A stretch of 64,000 nucleotides of DNA, taken from contig JBQGEK010000025.1 in the NCBI GenBank assembly GCA_052039575.1, positions 5 to 64,004 on the forward strand. Reading direction: 5' to 3'. Shown one piece after another: positions 31,453 to 40,227 of this stretch (within the stretch, counting starts at the first letter, position 1; each line of letters starts with the position of its first letter). The translations under genes and the position numbers were made by a program. The stretch is from Patulibacter sp. Lineage in GTDB: Bacteria; Actinomycetota; Thermoleophilia; Solirubrobacterales; Solirubrobacteraceae. The notes beneath the pieces were generated by a model. That model worked only from the letters and a program-made list of their open reading frames with translations, did no database searches and was not told the DNA's origin.

Positions 31453-32562
31453 ATGGAACCCTCGTCGACGTCGCTCGGTGATCCGCACGCCCGGCGGCGG
31501 GCGTTCGAGGATGCGTTCCTGACGCCGGCGGCCGCCCGCACGTGGCCCCCCGACCGCGCGGTCGCGGAGCGCGAGTGCCTGCTGCGGACCCCGCTGCAGC
31601 GAGATCGCGACCGTGTGGTCCACAGCAAGGCGTTCCGCCGGCTGAAGCACAAGACGCAGGTCTTCCTGGCGCCGGAGGGCGACCACTACCGGACACGGTT
31701 GACCCACACGCTGGAGGTCACCGGCGTCGCGCGGACCGTGGCTCGCGCGCTCGAGCTCAACGAGGATCTCGTCGAGACGATCGGGCTGTCGCACGACCTC
31801 GGCCATGCCCCGTTCGGGCACGTCGGTGAGGAGGCACTCGACCGCTGCCTGCGCGAGCACGGGCGGCACTTCCATCACTGGGAGCACTCGGTCCGGATCG
31901 TCACCGTGTTGGAGGATCCGCCGAGCGCCGTGCGCGAGGCTGGCGGACGAGGCCTCAACCTGAGCGCGAACGTGGTCGACGGGATCGGCGGGCACTCGGG
32001 GCGGGCACCGATGCCGCGCACGCTCGAGGGCCGGATCGTCCGGATCGTCGACCGGATCGCCTACCTCAACCACGACATCGACGACGCGATCCGGGCCGGC
32101 GTGCTGCGCGACCGGGATCTGCCGGCCGGGCCGGTCCGCGTGCTCGGCGCGACACCGTCGCGACGGATCGACTTCCTGGTCCAGGACCTCGTGACCACCT
32201 CGCGCGAGCGGGGCGAGATCGCCCAGGGCGACGAAGCCGCTGCTGCGATGGACGAGCTGCGCAGCTGGATGTTCGAGCACGTCTACCTGGCGCCGACCGC
32301 CCAGGTCGAGCACCGCAAGGCCCAGGATCTCGTGCGTACCCTGTTCGAGCACCATCTCGAGCACGCCAACCCGTCCAGCGGCCGTCCGGACGCGATTCGG
32401 CTGCCGTTCGACGGCGGGTGGGACCAGTTCCACGTCCAGCGTGATCCCGATCCCACCGCGGACGCGCTCCAGCGTGCGACCGACTGGGTCGCGGGCATGA
32501 CCGATCGGTTCGCGCTGCGCGCCTACCAGGACCTCGTGTTCCCACGGGTGCACGCACACTGA
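31453..32562 (+). CDS. dgt: Deoxyguanosinetriphosphate triphosphohydrolase (HD domain)
   Basis: QRDRDRVVHSKAFRRLKHKTQV, RTRLTHTLEV, HDLGHAPFGHVGE, AGMTDRFA. Confidence 0.93.
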   Translation: MEPSSTSLGDPHARRRAFEDAFLTPAAARTWPPDRAVAERECLLRTPLQRDRDRVVHSKAFRRLKHKTQVFLAPEGDHYRTRLTHTLEVTGVARTVARALELNEDLVETIGLSHDLGHAPFGHVGEEALDRCLREHGRHFHHWEHSVRIVTVLEDPPSAVREAGGRGLNLSANVVDGIGGHSGRAPMPRTLEGRIVRIVDRIAYLNHDIDDAIRAGVLRDRDLPAGPVRVLGATPSRRIDFLVQDLVTTSRERGEIAQGDEAAAAMDELRSWMFEHVYLAPTAQVEHRKAQDLVRTLFEHHLEHANPSSGRPDAIRLPFDGGWDQFHVQRDPDPTADALQRATDWVAGMTDRFALRAYQDLVFPRVHAH

Positions 32563-32564
32563 CG

Positions 32565-34484
32565 ATGGCTCGCTACGCCCGAGAGGATCTCGATCGGATC
32601 CGCGACGCGATCGATTTCGTCGCGTTGATCGAGCAGCGCGTCGAGCTTCGCCGTGCCGGCGTCGGACGGATGACGGGGCTCTGCCCGTTCCACGACGAGC
32701 GCACGCCGTCGTTCTCGGTCAACGTCGACGACAAGCTGTTCCACTGCTTCGGCTGCGGCGAGGGCGGGGACCTGTTCCGCTACATCGAGCTGACCGAGGG
32801 TGTCGACTTCCCCGACGCGGTGACGCTGCTGGCGGACCGCGCGGGGATCGAGCTGAAGACCGAGGAGGAGGATCCGCAGACCGCCGCCCGGCGCAAGCGC
32901 GAGCGCCGCCTGCTGGAGCTGCTCGACCGCACCAACCGCTACTTCGAGCGTCAGCTGTGGGACGCGCAGGAGGCCCAGGTAGCGCGCGACGAGCTGCAGC
33001 GACGTGGGCTCGATCCCGAGGTCCTGCGCGCCTTCCGCGTTGGCTACGCGCCCAGCGCCTGGGATCGCGTGCTGATTGGGTCGCGGCACGCCGGCTACCA
33101 GCCCGACGAGATGCTCGCCGCCGGGATCGTCCAGCGCTCGCGGGACAATCCGGACCGCCTGTACGACCGCTTCCGGCGACGGATCACCTTTCCCCTGGCC
33201 GACCGACGCGGGCGGATCATGGGGTTCGGTGCCCGAGCGATCAGCGCCGACCAGAAGCCGAAGTACGTCAACTCGTCCGACGGACCCGTCTACCACAAGG
33301 GCCGCCACCTGTTCGCCGCGCACATGGCGCGCAAGCACGCGGCTCGGACGGGCGAGGTGATCCTCTGCGAGGGCTACACCGACGTGATCGCGCTGCACCA
33401 GGCGGGGCTGGAGAACGCCGTCGGGTTGATGGGTACCGCGCTGACCGCGGATCAGGTCGCAGCGCTCGGCAAGCTCGCGCCGTCGGTGGTGCTCGCCCTG
33501 GACGCCGACCGCGCCGGTCGCGAAGCGATGTTGCGAGCCGCCCAACTGGCGCGGGGAAGCGGATTGAACCTGCGGGTGGTGCTGCTGCCCGACGGCATGG
33601 ACCCTGCCGACCTGCTGGTCAAGCGCGGCACCGAGGCGCTGCGCTCCGCGTTCGCCGCGCCGATCTCGATGGGACGGTTCCACGTCGGGCACGTGCTCGA
33701 CCAGGCCGATCTCTCGTCCGCGGAGGGCAAGGATCTGGCGATCGACGCGCTGCGGCCGGTCTTCGCCGACCTCCCGCCGGGCGTGCTGCGGATGGAGCTG
33801 GTGGCCGAGGCCGCAGGACGGTTGCGGCTCGACCCGAGCGTGATGGGCTCGCTGCTCGACCACGCCGCGACGCGGGCTCCGGCGCGGTCGGTGCCGTCGC
33901 CGGGACGTGCTGCGTCGGGACCGCAACCGATGCGGCCCTCCGGGCCGCCCTCGGCTCCCAGCGATCGGTCGGGGGGCGGTGTGGCGCCCCGGAGACCGAG
34001 CGGGCCGTCGGCCGGCTCGTCGCAGCCGACGTTCGTCCCCAGCGCCGCGGGGGGTGACGCCGTGGCTCGCGCGGAGCTGGCGTTCCTGGCGGAGTGCCGA
34101 GCGGCCGGGCCGGAAGCAGCCGCCTTGCTCGCCGACGACCGCCTACGCCGACTGCTCGCCAATCCGGTTCACCGGCACACCGCGGTGCTGATCCGCGATG
34201 CGCTGGTCGCCGGAGTGGACCCGCAGCCGACGGACGAGTCGACCCGAATGGTGTTGGAATTGGTGGCAGGAGCCGCGCGTACGATTCGCCACCCGTCGGT
34301 GGCGGCCGCCGAGCTCAGCGGATTGCGGTTGGAGCTTGGCGCGGTCAGCGCGATGCTCCAAGCGGGCCCGGGCGCGAACCCGACGATCCCGCCCGACGCC
34401 CTCCAGCGCCGCAAGCAGGAGCTGCAGGCCCAGATCAACCGCGGGCTCGGCGAGCTGATGAAGGGCCCGCGTCGATCGGCCTAG
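32565..34484 (+). CDS. dnaG: DNA primase
   Basis: CPFHDERTPSF, HCFGCG, KYVNSS, CEGYTDV, DADRAG, DPAD. Confidence 0.96.
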   Translation: MARYAREDLDRIRDAIDFVALIEQRVELRRAGVGRMTGLCPFHDERTPSFSVNVDDKLFHCFGCGEGGDLFRYIELTEGVDFPDAVTLLADRAGIELKTEEEDPQTAARRKRERRLLELLDRTNRYFERQLWDAQEAQVARDELQRRGLDPEVLRAFRVGYAPSAWDRVLIGSRHAGYQPDEMLAAGIVQRSRDNPDRLYDRFRRRITFPLADRRGRIMGFGARAISADQKPKYVNSSDGPVYHKGRHLFAAHMARKHAARTGEVILCEGYTDVIALHQAGLENAVGLMGTALTADQVAALGKLAPSVVLALDADRAGREAMLRAAQLARGSGLNLRVVLLPDGMDPADLLVKRGTEALRSAFAAPISMGRFHVGHVLDQADLSSAEGKDLAIDALRPVFADLPPGVLRMELVAEAAGRLRLDPSVMGSLLDHAATRAPARSVPSPGRAASGPQPMRPSGPPSAPSDRSGGGVAPRRPSGPSAGSSQPTFVPSAAGGDAVARAELAFLAECRAAGPEAAALLADDRLRRLLANPVHRHTAVLIRDALVAGVDPQPTDESTRMVLELVAGAARTIRHPSVAAAELSGLRLELGAVSAMLQAGPGANPTIPPDALQRRKQELQAQINRGLGELMKGPRRSA

Positions 34485-34543
34485 ACTTCAGATGGATCGC
34501 CACGGAGCTGTACGGCGTCCGACGCACGCAGGCCCGGAACGAA

Positions 34544-34570
34544 CGAAGCCCCGTCGACGACGGGGCTTCG
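34544..34570. terminator. Hairpin between convergent dnaG and tRNA-Asn
   Basis: CGAAGCCCCGTCG-A-CGACGGGGCTTCG perfect inverted repeat. Confidence 0.75.
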
Positions 34571-34579
34571 CGGTTCAGG

Positions 34580-34651
34580 CTCCGGGGGTGGGACTCGAAC
34601 CCACAACCCTTCGATTAACAGTCGAATGCTCTGCCATTGAGCTACCCCGGA
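34580..34651 (-). tRNA. tRNA-Asn (GTT)
   Basis: Reverse complement TCCGGGGTAGCTCAATGGCAGAGCATTCGACTGTTAATCGAAGGGTTGTGGGTTCGAGTCCCACCCCCGGAG folds as a cloverleaf; CCA not fully encoded; TACTAT -10 at 34664-34669 (minus strand). Confidence 0.95.
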
Positions 34652-34867
34652 ACGGCCTCGGCAATAGTACGCGATCGCGCCGCGTCGAGGCGGCTGGTCG
34701 AACGACGCGCCCTCGACCCCGATCCGGCTCCCGTCGACAGCGCCGCACGAGTAGTGTGTACATGGTGACGTTCCGGTGACGATTCACTGGCGCTCGGCCC
34801 GACGGTTCGGCTACGGTTCACGTATGCACCGTCCGCTCCCCTCGGCTGTCCGCGATCGGCCGCAACC

Positions 34868-35539
34868 ATGGCGCTGACCGGCACGCACCGGCTTCTGCTC
34901 GCCTCGGCGGCGGTGGTCGTCACCGCCGGTGCCGCCGTGACCATCGGCGGCGGGGGTGGAGGTGGGGGTGGGGGCCCAGATACGCCGTCGAGAGCAACCC
35001 CGGCCGTCCAGGCGGTCGCGCCAGAGGGCCTGGCCGGGCCGCGCGGGCACGACCTCGCCGCATCGCTCAGCGGCACCACGGCGATTCCAGCCTCACCGAC
35101 GACGATCGACGGCGATACGCTCGAACGGGTGGCCGCGCATCAGGACGTGGAGACGGAGCGAGCGTGGCCGCTGGCGATCCCCGGGGACGACCGCACTGCC
35201 TGGCTGTTCGCCGGCCCGGGTCGCCTGGTGCTCGTCGTGCCTCGGACGGTCGTCGACCCCGAACGCGGACGCCAACCGGACGACACCAGCATCTTCGGCG
35301 TTCGAGTATCCGACCTCGTCGATCGACCGCTGATCGCCACGCAGGCCGGAGGTGGTCGAGCGCCGCGCACCCTCGTGCTGGTGCCCGAGGGCGTCGAGCC
35401 GCCGCGGATCGTGGCGCGCGCCGGCGACGAGGCGATCCGCGAGATGCCGCATCGAGGTCGGCTCTACGCGGCCCGACTGCTGCCGGGCGAGGAGCTCGTC
35501 ATCGGCACGCGGCGCCTCGGTACCCCGGACGCGCCCTAG
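34868..35539 (+). CDS. Hypothetical secreted protein with poly-Gly linker
   Basis: Hydrophobic N-terminus, a run of nine Gly, then a globular-looking region. Confidence 0.6.
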   Translation: MALTGTHRLLLASAAVVVTAGAAVTIGGGGGGGGGGPDTPSRATPAVQAVAPEGLAGPRGHDLAASLSGTTAIPASPTTIDGDTLERVAAHQDVETERAWPLAIPGDDRTAWLFAGPGRLVLVVPRTVVDPERGRQPDDTSIFGVRVSDLVDRPLIATQAGGGRAPRTLVLVPEGVEPPRIVARAGDEAIREMPHRGRLYAARLLPGEELVIGTRRLGTPDAP

Positions 35540-35565
35540 CACGATCCGCTGTCGAGGCGGACGCG

Positions 35566-36780
35566 TCACCCGAGGTCCGCGAGCCCCTCCACCAGCGGCG
35601 CGGCGCGGTCGGCGCCGTCGCCCTCGGCGATCCACGCGGCGATCTCTCGGGCGCGACGGGCGATCGATCGGTCGTGCAGCGCCGAGAGCACCGCGGAACG
35701 AACCACCCGCGGGCCGGCGAGGCGAGCCGGAATCCGCAGTCCGGCGCCGGACCACGCCAGTCGCGCTGCGTTCTCGAACATGTCGCCGCCCGCCGGAATC
35801 GCGACCACCGGCTTGCCGTAGCTCAGTGCGCGCAACAGCGTGCCGTGACCCGCGTGGCAGAGGATCACGTCGGCGGCCGGCATCACCTGCGAGTAGCGCA
35901 TCCACGGCACCAGCGTGGCGTTGTCCGGAATCCGCAGCGGTCGGCCTTCGGCTCTGTCGACGTCGCTGACCCGGTTGTGCGCGGCCAGCACGCGGACCGG
36001 GGCGTCGGCCAAGCCGTGCAGCGCGGCCCGGAGCAGGGCCCCGTCGGGGTCCTGGATCGTCGACGGCGCCACGACCACCAGCGGTGCGTCGCCGCCGGGC
36101 AGCGGGATCTCGTCCGAAGGTGGCTCCCAGACGAACGGTCCGACGGTGTGGGTGTTCGGACGGGGCCGGGTTCGCGGATAGTCGAGCTGAGGCACCGACC
36201 CGACCAGTGCTAGTCGCTGGCTGATCCCGCCGTGGCGCCCTGCCGCGGGCGGCAATCCGACCGTTGCTCGCGCGCGATCGAGCTCGGCTCGTCCACGATC
36301 GAGCGAACGGTCGACGCGTCGCCCGACACGGCTCCACAGCGCGCGACCGCTGCTCGTGCGAGCAACGCGTGCCCCCGAGGAAAACGGCGGCCACCCCTGC
36401 TCGCCTCGCGGATCGAGGTGGGGAATCAGCGTGGCGACAGGCACCTCGCGCAGCTCGGCGGCGAGAGCCGGACCGAGGGTCAGGATGTCGGCCACCACTG
36501 CGTGGGGGCGAACCTCATCGACCAACGGCACCGTGTCGAGCGCCGCCCGGGTCGCGGCCTCGTAGTGATCGAGCGGACGCTGGCCGAGATGCGGGAAGAC
36601 CGGGTACTCGGGCGCGGCCGCGAACCGCATTCCGGCGGCTTCGACGTCTGCTCGCCAGTGGTCCCAGGTCTGAACCCAGACCAGATTGCCGCGCTCGGCC
36701 AGTCGGCGGCCGAGCGCCATGATCGGGAAGGCGTGACCGGCGTCGCCGAACGCCCCGAGCAGGATCCGACGGTCGCTCAA
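35566..36780 (-). CDS. Glycosyltransferase, GT1-like (UDP-glycosyltransferase family)
   Basis: GDAGHAFP, ADVILCHAGHGT, PAGGDMFENA. Confidence 0.88.
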   Translation of the reverse strand: MSDRRILLGAFGDAGHAFPIMALGRRLAERGNLVWVQTWDHWRADVEAAGMRFAAAPEYPVFPHLGQRPLDHYEAATRAALDTVPLVDEVRPHAVVADILTLGPALAAELREVPVATLIPHLDPRGEQGWPPFSSGARVARTSSGRALWSRVGRRVDRSLDRGRAELDRARATVGLPPAAGRHGGISQRLALVGSVPQLDYPRTRPRPNTHTVGPFVWEPPSDEIPLPGGDAPLVVVAPSTIQDPDGALLRAALHGLADAPVRVLAAHNRVSDVDRAEGRPLRIPDNATLVPWMRYSQVMPAADVILCHAGHGTLLRALSYGKPVVAIPAGGDMFENAARLAWSGAGLRIPARLAGPRVVRSAVLSALHDRSIARRAREIAAWIAEGDGADRAAPLVEGLADLG

Positions 36781-37820
36781 ACCTGCTCGAGCGCCGCGGC
36801 GAGCTCGCGCAGCTGGTGAATCCGGCCGTCGCGCGTGACCGCGGCGGGGGTGGCGACGATCGTGTCGACGCCTGCGGCGGCATGAGCACGCAGACGCTCG
36901 GTGACGTGCTCGCGCGACCCGAACAGCGACACGTGGTCGAGCAGCTCGGACGGAATCGCGGCCATCGCCTCGACGCGCTTGCCCTCGAGGAACAGGTCCT
37001 GGACCTCCTTGGCCGCGTCGCCAAAGCCGTAGCGCGTCACCGCCTGGTTGTAGAAGTTCTTCTCGCGCGAGCCCATCCCACCGACGTAGAGCGCCGTGCC
37101 GCCCCGCAGCACCCCTTCGGCCGCGCCGTCGGGATCTTCGCCGATGTGGAAGGTCACGCTCGGGCAGACCTTGACGTCCGAGCGCTCGCGGCCGGCCTTG
37201 TCGATCCCCGTGTGGAGCGACGCCAGGGCGATGTCGGCGTGCTCGGGGCTGAACATCATCGGCAGCAAGCCGTCACCGATCTCGCCGACCAACTCGGTGT
37301 TCTTCGGTCCGATCGCGGCCAGGTACACCGGGATCCGATCCTGGATCGGCGCGATCGTCAGCTTGAGCGCCTTGCCGGGACCGTCGGGGAGGGGCAGCTC
37401 GATCGTCTCGCCGTGGTACTCCAGCCGCTCGCGGGAGAGTGCCTTTCGCACGACGTCGACGTACTCGCGGGTACGCTGCAGCTGCTTGCCGAACCGCTGG
37501 CCGTGCCAGCCCTCGGCCACCTGCGGTCCCGAGGTGCCGAGGCCGAGGATGAAGCGGCCGTTGGAGAGGTTGTCGAGCGTCGCTGCGGACATCGCCGTCA
37601 TCGCGGCCGAGCGCGCCGGCAGCTGCATGATCGCCGAGCCGAGCTTGATCGTCGACGTCTGACCGGCCAGCCAGCCAAGGATCGACACGGAATCCGAGCC
37701 GTACGCCTCCGCGCAGAAGACCGAGTCGTACCCAAGCCGTTCGGCTTCCTGCACGATCGCGAGCTGGTCCTCGCCCGTCAGACCGAGGCCCCAGTAGCCG
37801 AGTTGAATTCCGAGCTTCAT
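36777..37820 (-). CDS. LLM-class F420-dependent oxidoreductase
   Basis: MKLGIQLGYW, AEAYGSD, LGLGTSGPQVAEGWHG, LPLPDGPGKALK, YVGGMGSREKNFYN. Confidence 0.9.
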   Translation of the reverse strand: MKLGIQLGYWGLGLTGEDQLAIVQEAERLGYDSVFCAEAYGSDSVSILGWLAGQTSTIKLGSAIMQLPARSAAMTAMSAATLDNLSNGRFILGLGTSGPQVAEGWHGQRFGKQLQRTREYVDVVRKALSRERLEYHGETIELPLPDGPGKALKLTIAPIQDRIPVYLAAIGPKNTELVGEIGDGLLPMMFSPEHADIALASLHTGIDKAGRERSDVKVCPSVTFHIGEDPDGAAEGVLRGGTALYVGGMGSREKNFYNQAVTRYGFGDAAKEVQDLFLEGKRVEAMAAIPSELLDHVSLFGSREHVTERLRAHAAAGVDTIVATPAAVTRDGRIHQLRELAAALEQV

Positions 37821-37942
37821 CTGCAATCTCCCATTCAGGGGGTCGTCGACGTTGAACACCGTGCCGGAACGGCCTACGGTGCAGCTGCCGCCGGACACTC
37901 TATTCGAGTGCAAATCGCTTCACCGACCGCTCGGGAACGCCC

Positions 37943-38518
37943 ATGTCACGCACAGCCCGTATCCAGGACCTGCGACGGACCGTTGATCGCCTCCCGCTGC
38001 CGACGCGCCAGGCGATGCTGCAGGGGCTCCAGGAGGAGCGGATCATCGTGGGGGCGTACGCGGACCGGCACGGCGGGGTCTGCCCGATGCTCGCAGCGCA
38101 CCGCCGCGGCGGCCGGACCGACTTCCTGCGGTTCGCGCAGACGTGGGACCGTTTCACGCGAGCGCCCCGGCGCGGTTCACGAACCGCGACCCGACGCGAG
38201 CGGGCAGTGCTCGAGCGAACGCTCGAGGCCAGCATCGCCGCCACGGTCTCCCAACCCGAGGTACGGCTCCAGGACGCGATCACGGAGCACCAGTCCTTGC
38301 TCGCCGGGCGGCCGCGTCGCGCCCTCACGGACCCGGTCCTCGCGGTCCGCGGCGGCGGGTTCCGCCTGCCACGGTGGATGCGCCCGGTGCATTCGGTCGA
38401 GGAGTTCGAGGCCCTGCTCGGTGACGTCGAACGCGAGACGCTGCGACAGAGCGTGGCCGATCGCGCCAGGCCCGCACCGAACCCCGCTCGCCGCGACCAG
38501 CACGCCGTCGTTCGCTAG
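37943..38518 (+). CDS. Hypothetical protein (191 aa)
   Basis: Protein-like ORF with the motif IIVGAYADRHGGVCPMLAAHRRGGRT; converges on the next gene. Confidence 0.7.
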   Translation: MSRTARIQDLRRTVDRLPLPTRQAMLQGLQEERIIVGAYADRHGGVCPMLAAHRRGGRTDFLRFAQTWDRFTRAPRRGSRTATRRERAVLERTLEASIAATVSQPEVRLQDAITEHQSLLAGRPRRALTDPVLAVRGGGFRLPRWMRPVHSVEEFEALLGDVERETLRQSVADRARPAPNPARRDQHAVVR

Positions 38519-38784
38519 GAGCCATCGAGCAACGCCGCGGCTCGCACCGCCGGCTGGGTCAGCACCACGAACCGGTCGACGCGGTGGAGCAGTCCCGCGG
38601 CGTGCAGGTCGCGGACCGCTCGGGTGGCGGCATCACGCTGCGTCGCGGCGTCCGCGCCGACAACGGCCAGGAGCAGTTCGTCCTCGGACACCACGGAGGG
38701 ATGCACCATGAGCAGGTGCAGCAGCACCACACGCTGGAACTGCTCGTCGTCGGTCCGCGGGCTCACGGGAATCGGGGAGTGCAT
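38515..38784 (-). CDS. Small winged-helix-like hypothetical protein
   Basis: 89 aa; helix pattern SEDELL...AATRAVRDLHAAGLLHR followed by a beta hairpin (VDRFVVLT); AGGA RBS upstream. Confidence 0.65.
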   Translation of the reverse strand: MHSPIPVSPRTDDEQFQRVVLLHLLMVHPSVVSEDELLLAVVGADAATQRDAATRAVRDLHAAGLLHRVDRFVVLTQPAVRAAALLDGS

Positions 38785-38814
38785 GCGTCCTGTCCTCACT
38801 GGTCCACCTGACGT

Positions 38815-38828
38815 CGAACATACGTTCG
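38815..38828. promoter_or_regulatory. LexA (SOS) box
   Basis: CGAAC-ATAC-GTTCG perfect match; overlaps a minus-strand TATGTT -10 for gene 38515..38784. Confidence 0.8.
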
Positions 38829-39027
38829 CCCCCGGTCGTGTTCCCGTCGATGCGGGGTTCGGTAGCGAGATCTGCGCAGATCCAGCACGAACCCGAGGAC
38901 GCTCGGCGCGGCTGACCGCGCGGATGGGCGTGAGCGCGAAACGGCGCGACAGCAGACGTGGCGGAGCGGAGTCGTCACCGCGGTGGCGGCGAACGCCGCG
39001 TGTGTGGGTGATGCCCCGCGTCCAACG

Positions 39028-39100
39028 TGGGCCGACCGGGACTCGAACCCGGATCGGACGAATTATGAGTTCGCGGCTCTAACCATTGAGCTATCGGCCC
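39028..39100 (-). tRNA. tRNA with CAT anticodon, most likely tRNA-Ile2 (lysidine type)
   Basis: Reverse complement GGGCCGATAGCTCAATGGTTAGAGCCGCGAACTCATAATTCGTCCGATCCGGGTTCGAGTCCCGGTCGGCCCA; paired G1-C72 and no GGG/CCC anticodon stem, so not an initiator. Confidence 0.9.
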
Positions 39101-39168
39101 GGTGGGTGGGGGACCACCGCCCGGAAGCCTGCCAGAGGACGTAGTCGGTGTGCGCTGTCGCCATTTCG

Positions 39169-40092
39169 ATGGCGGATCGAGAAGGAACCCGACCGTCCGA
39201 GACGAACCTGACTCCGCCCATGAAGCGCACGGCCTCCTCTTCCACGACAGCACTCGCGCCGATCGTCGATCATCAGACGTTGACGGAGTACATCCAGTCT
39301 CGTTTCGACGAGTTCTCGCGTTCCCAGAAGGACGTGGCGCAGTACATCGTCGATCACCTCGACGAAGTGGCGTTCCAGACGGCCGAGGAGCTCGCCCGTC
39401 GCGCCAACACGTCGAGCTCGACCGTCGTCCGATTCAGCCAGGCCCTCGGGTTCCACGGATTCCCGGACCTCCAGGACGCCGCGCGAGACGAGTATCGCCG
39501 GCGCGTCGAGGCACGCGGGGCCGCTGGCGACGCCGATCCCCTCTTCGGCCTCGACCAGAGCCCGGGGGAAGCGGCGATCGCCGCCGATCACCTCGCCGTC
39601 GAGGAGACTGCCCGACGCCTTTCGCGGAGCGTGCTCGACGCGGCCGTCGCGGACATCAGCAAGGCTGACCGCGTGATCATCGTCGCGGCCGACCAGGTTG
39701 CGTACTTCGGCACCTACTTCCGCCACCTGCTGATGCTGCTCGGGATCCCGACCGACATCGTGGCCAGTCACGCGCAGGAGGGGAGGGCCCGGCTCGCCCG
39801 GCTCGACGAGAACGCGGTGCTGATCGGCATCACCGCCGGACGCGCCCACCCGCTCGTCGTCCGCTCGCTGCAGCTCGCCCGTCACCGTCGGGCCACGACG
39901 ATCGCGATCACCGATGCGACGCTCTCCGAGGCGGCGAAGCTCGCGCAGCACTCGCTGTTCTACTCGTCGAACAGCCCGTCGTTCGTACGCTCGCACGTCG
40001 CACTGCTCTCGGTGCTGCAGGCGATGGCGCAGGGCGTGTACGCCAACGACGGCGCGCGGGCGGACCGAATTCGCGCGTACCGCTTGAAGTAG
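39169..40092 (+). CDS. MurR/RpiR family transcriptional regulator
   Basis: FSRSQKDVAQYI, TAEELAR, SSSTVVRFSQALGFHGFPDL, C-terminal SIS domain (TIAITD); start could be 39220. Confidence 0.9.
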   Translation: MADREGTRPSETNLTPPMKRTASSSTTALAPIVDHQTLTEYIQSRFDEFSRSQKDVAQYIVDHLDEVAFQTAEELARRANTSSSTVVRFSQALGFHGFPDLQDAARDEYRRRVEARGAAGDADPLFGLDQSPGEAAIAADHLAVEETARRLSRSVLDAAVADISKADRVIIVAADQVAYFGTYFRHLLMLLGIPTDIVASHAQEGRARLARLDENAVLIGITAGRAHPLVVRSLQLARHRRATTIAITDATLSEAAKLAQHSLFYSSNSPSFVRSHVALLSVLQAMAQGVYANDGARADRIRAYRLK

Positions 40093-40227
40093 CACCGGCA
40101 TCGCGTCCAACCGTCGTCCGCCCGCGGTCGGCGGCGATCGGGCGTTGTTCGGGACCACGACCGAACAGCTCAGATCGGTTCGCGGGACGATGTGGTCGAT
40201 GCGTCGTGTCTGCCAGAATTCCTGGCG

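Noticed and set aside
34580-39100. Active tRNA-targeted genomic island
   Set aside because: No integrase and no duplicated tRNA 3' end seen; kept only as a low-interest note.
39028-39100. Initiator tRNA-fMet
   Set aside because: Lacks the 1-72 mismatch and the three G-C pairs in the anticodon stem; an elongator tRNA-Met cannot be fully excluded.
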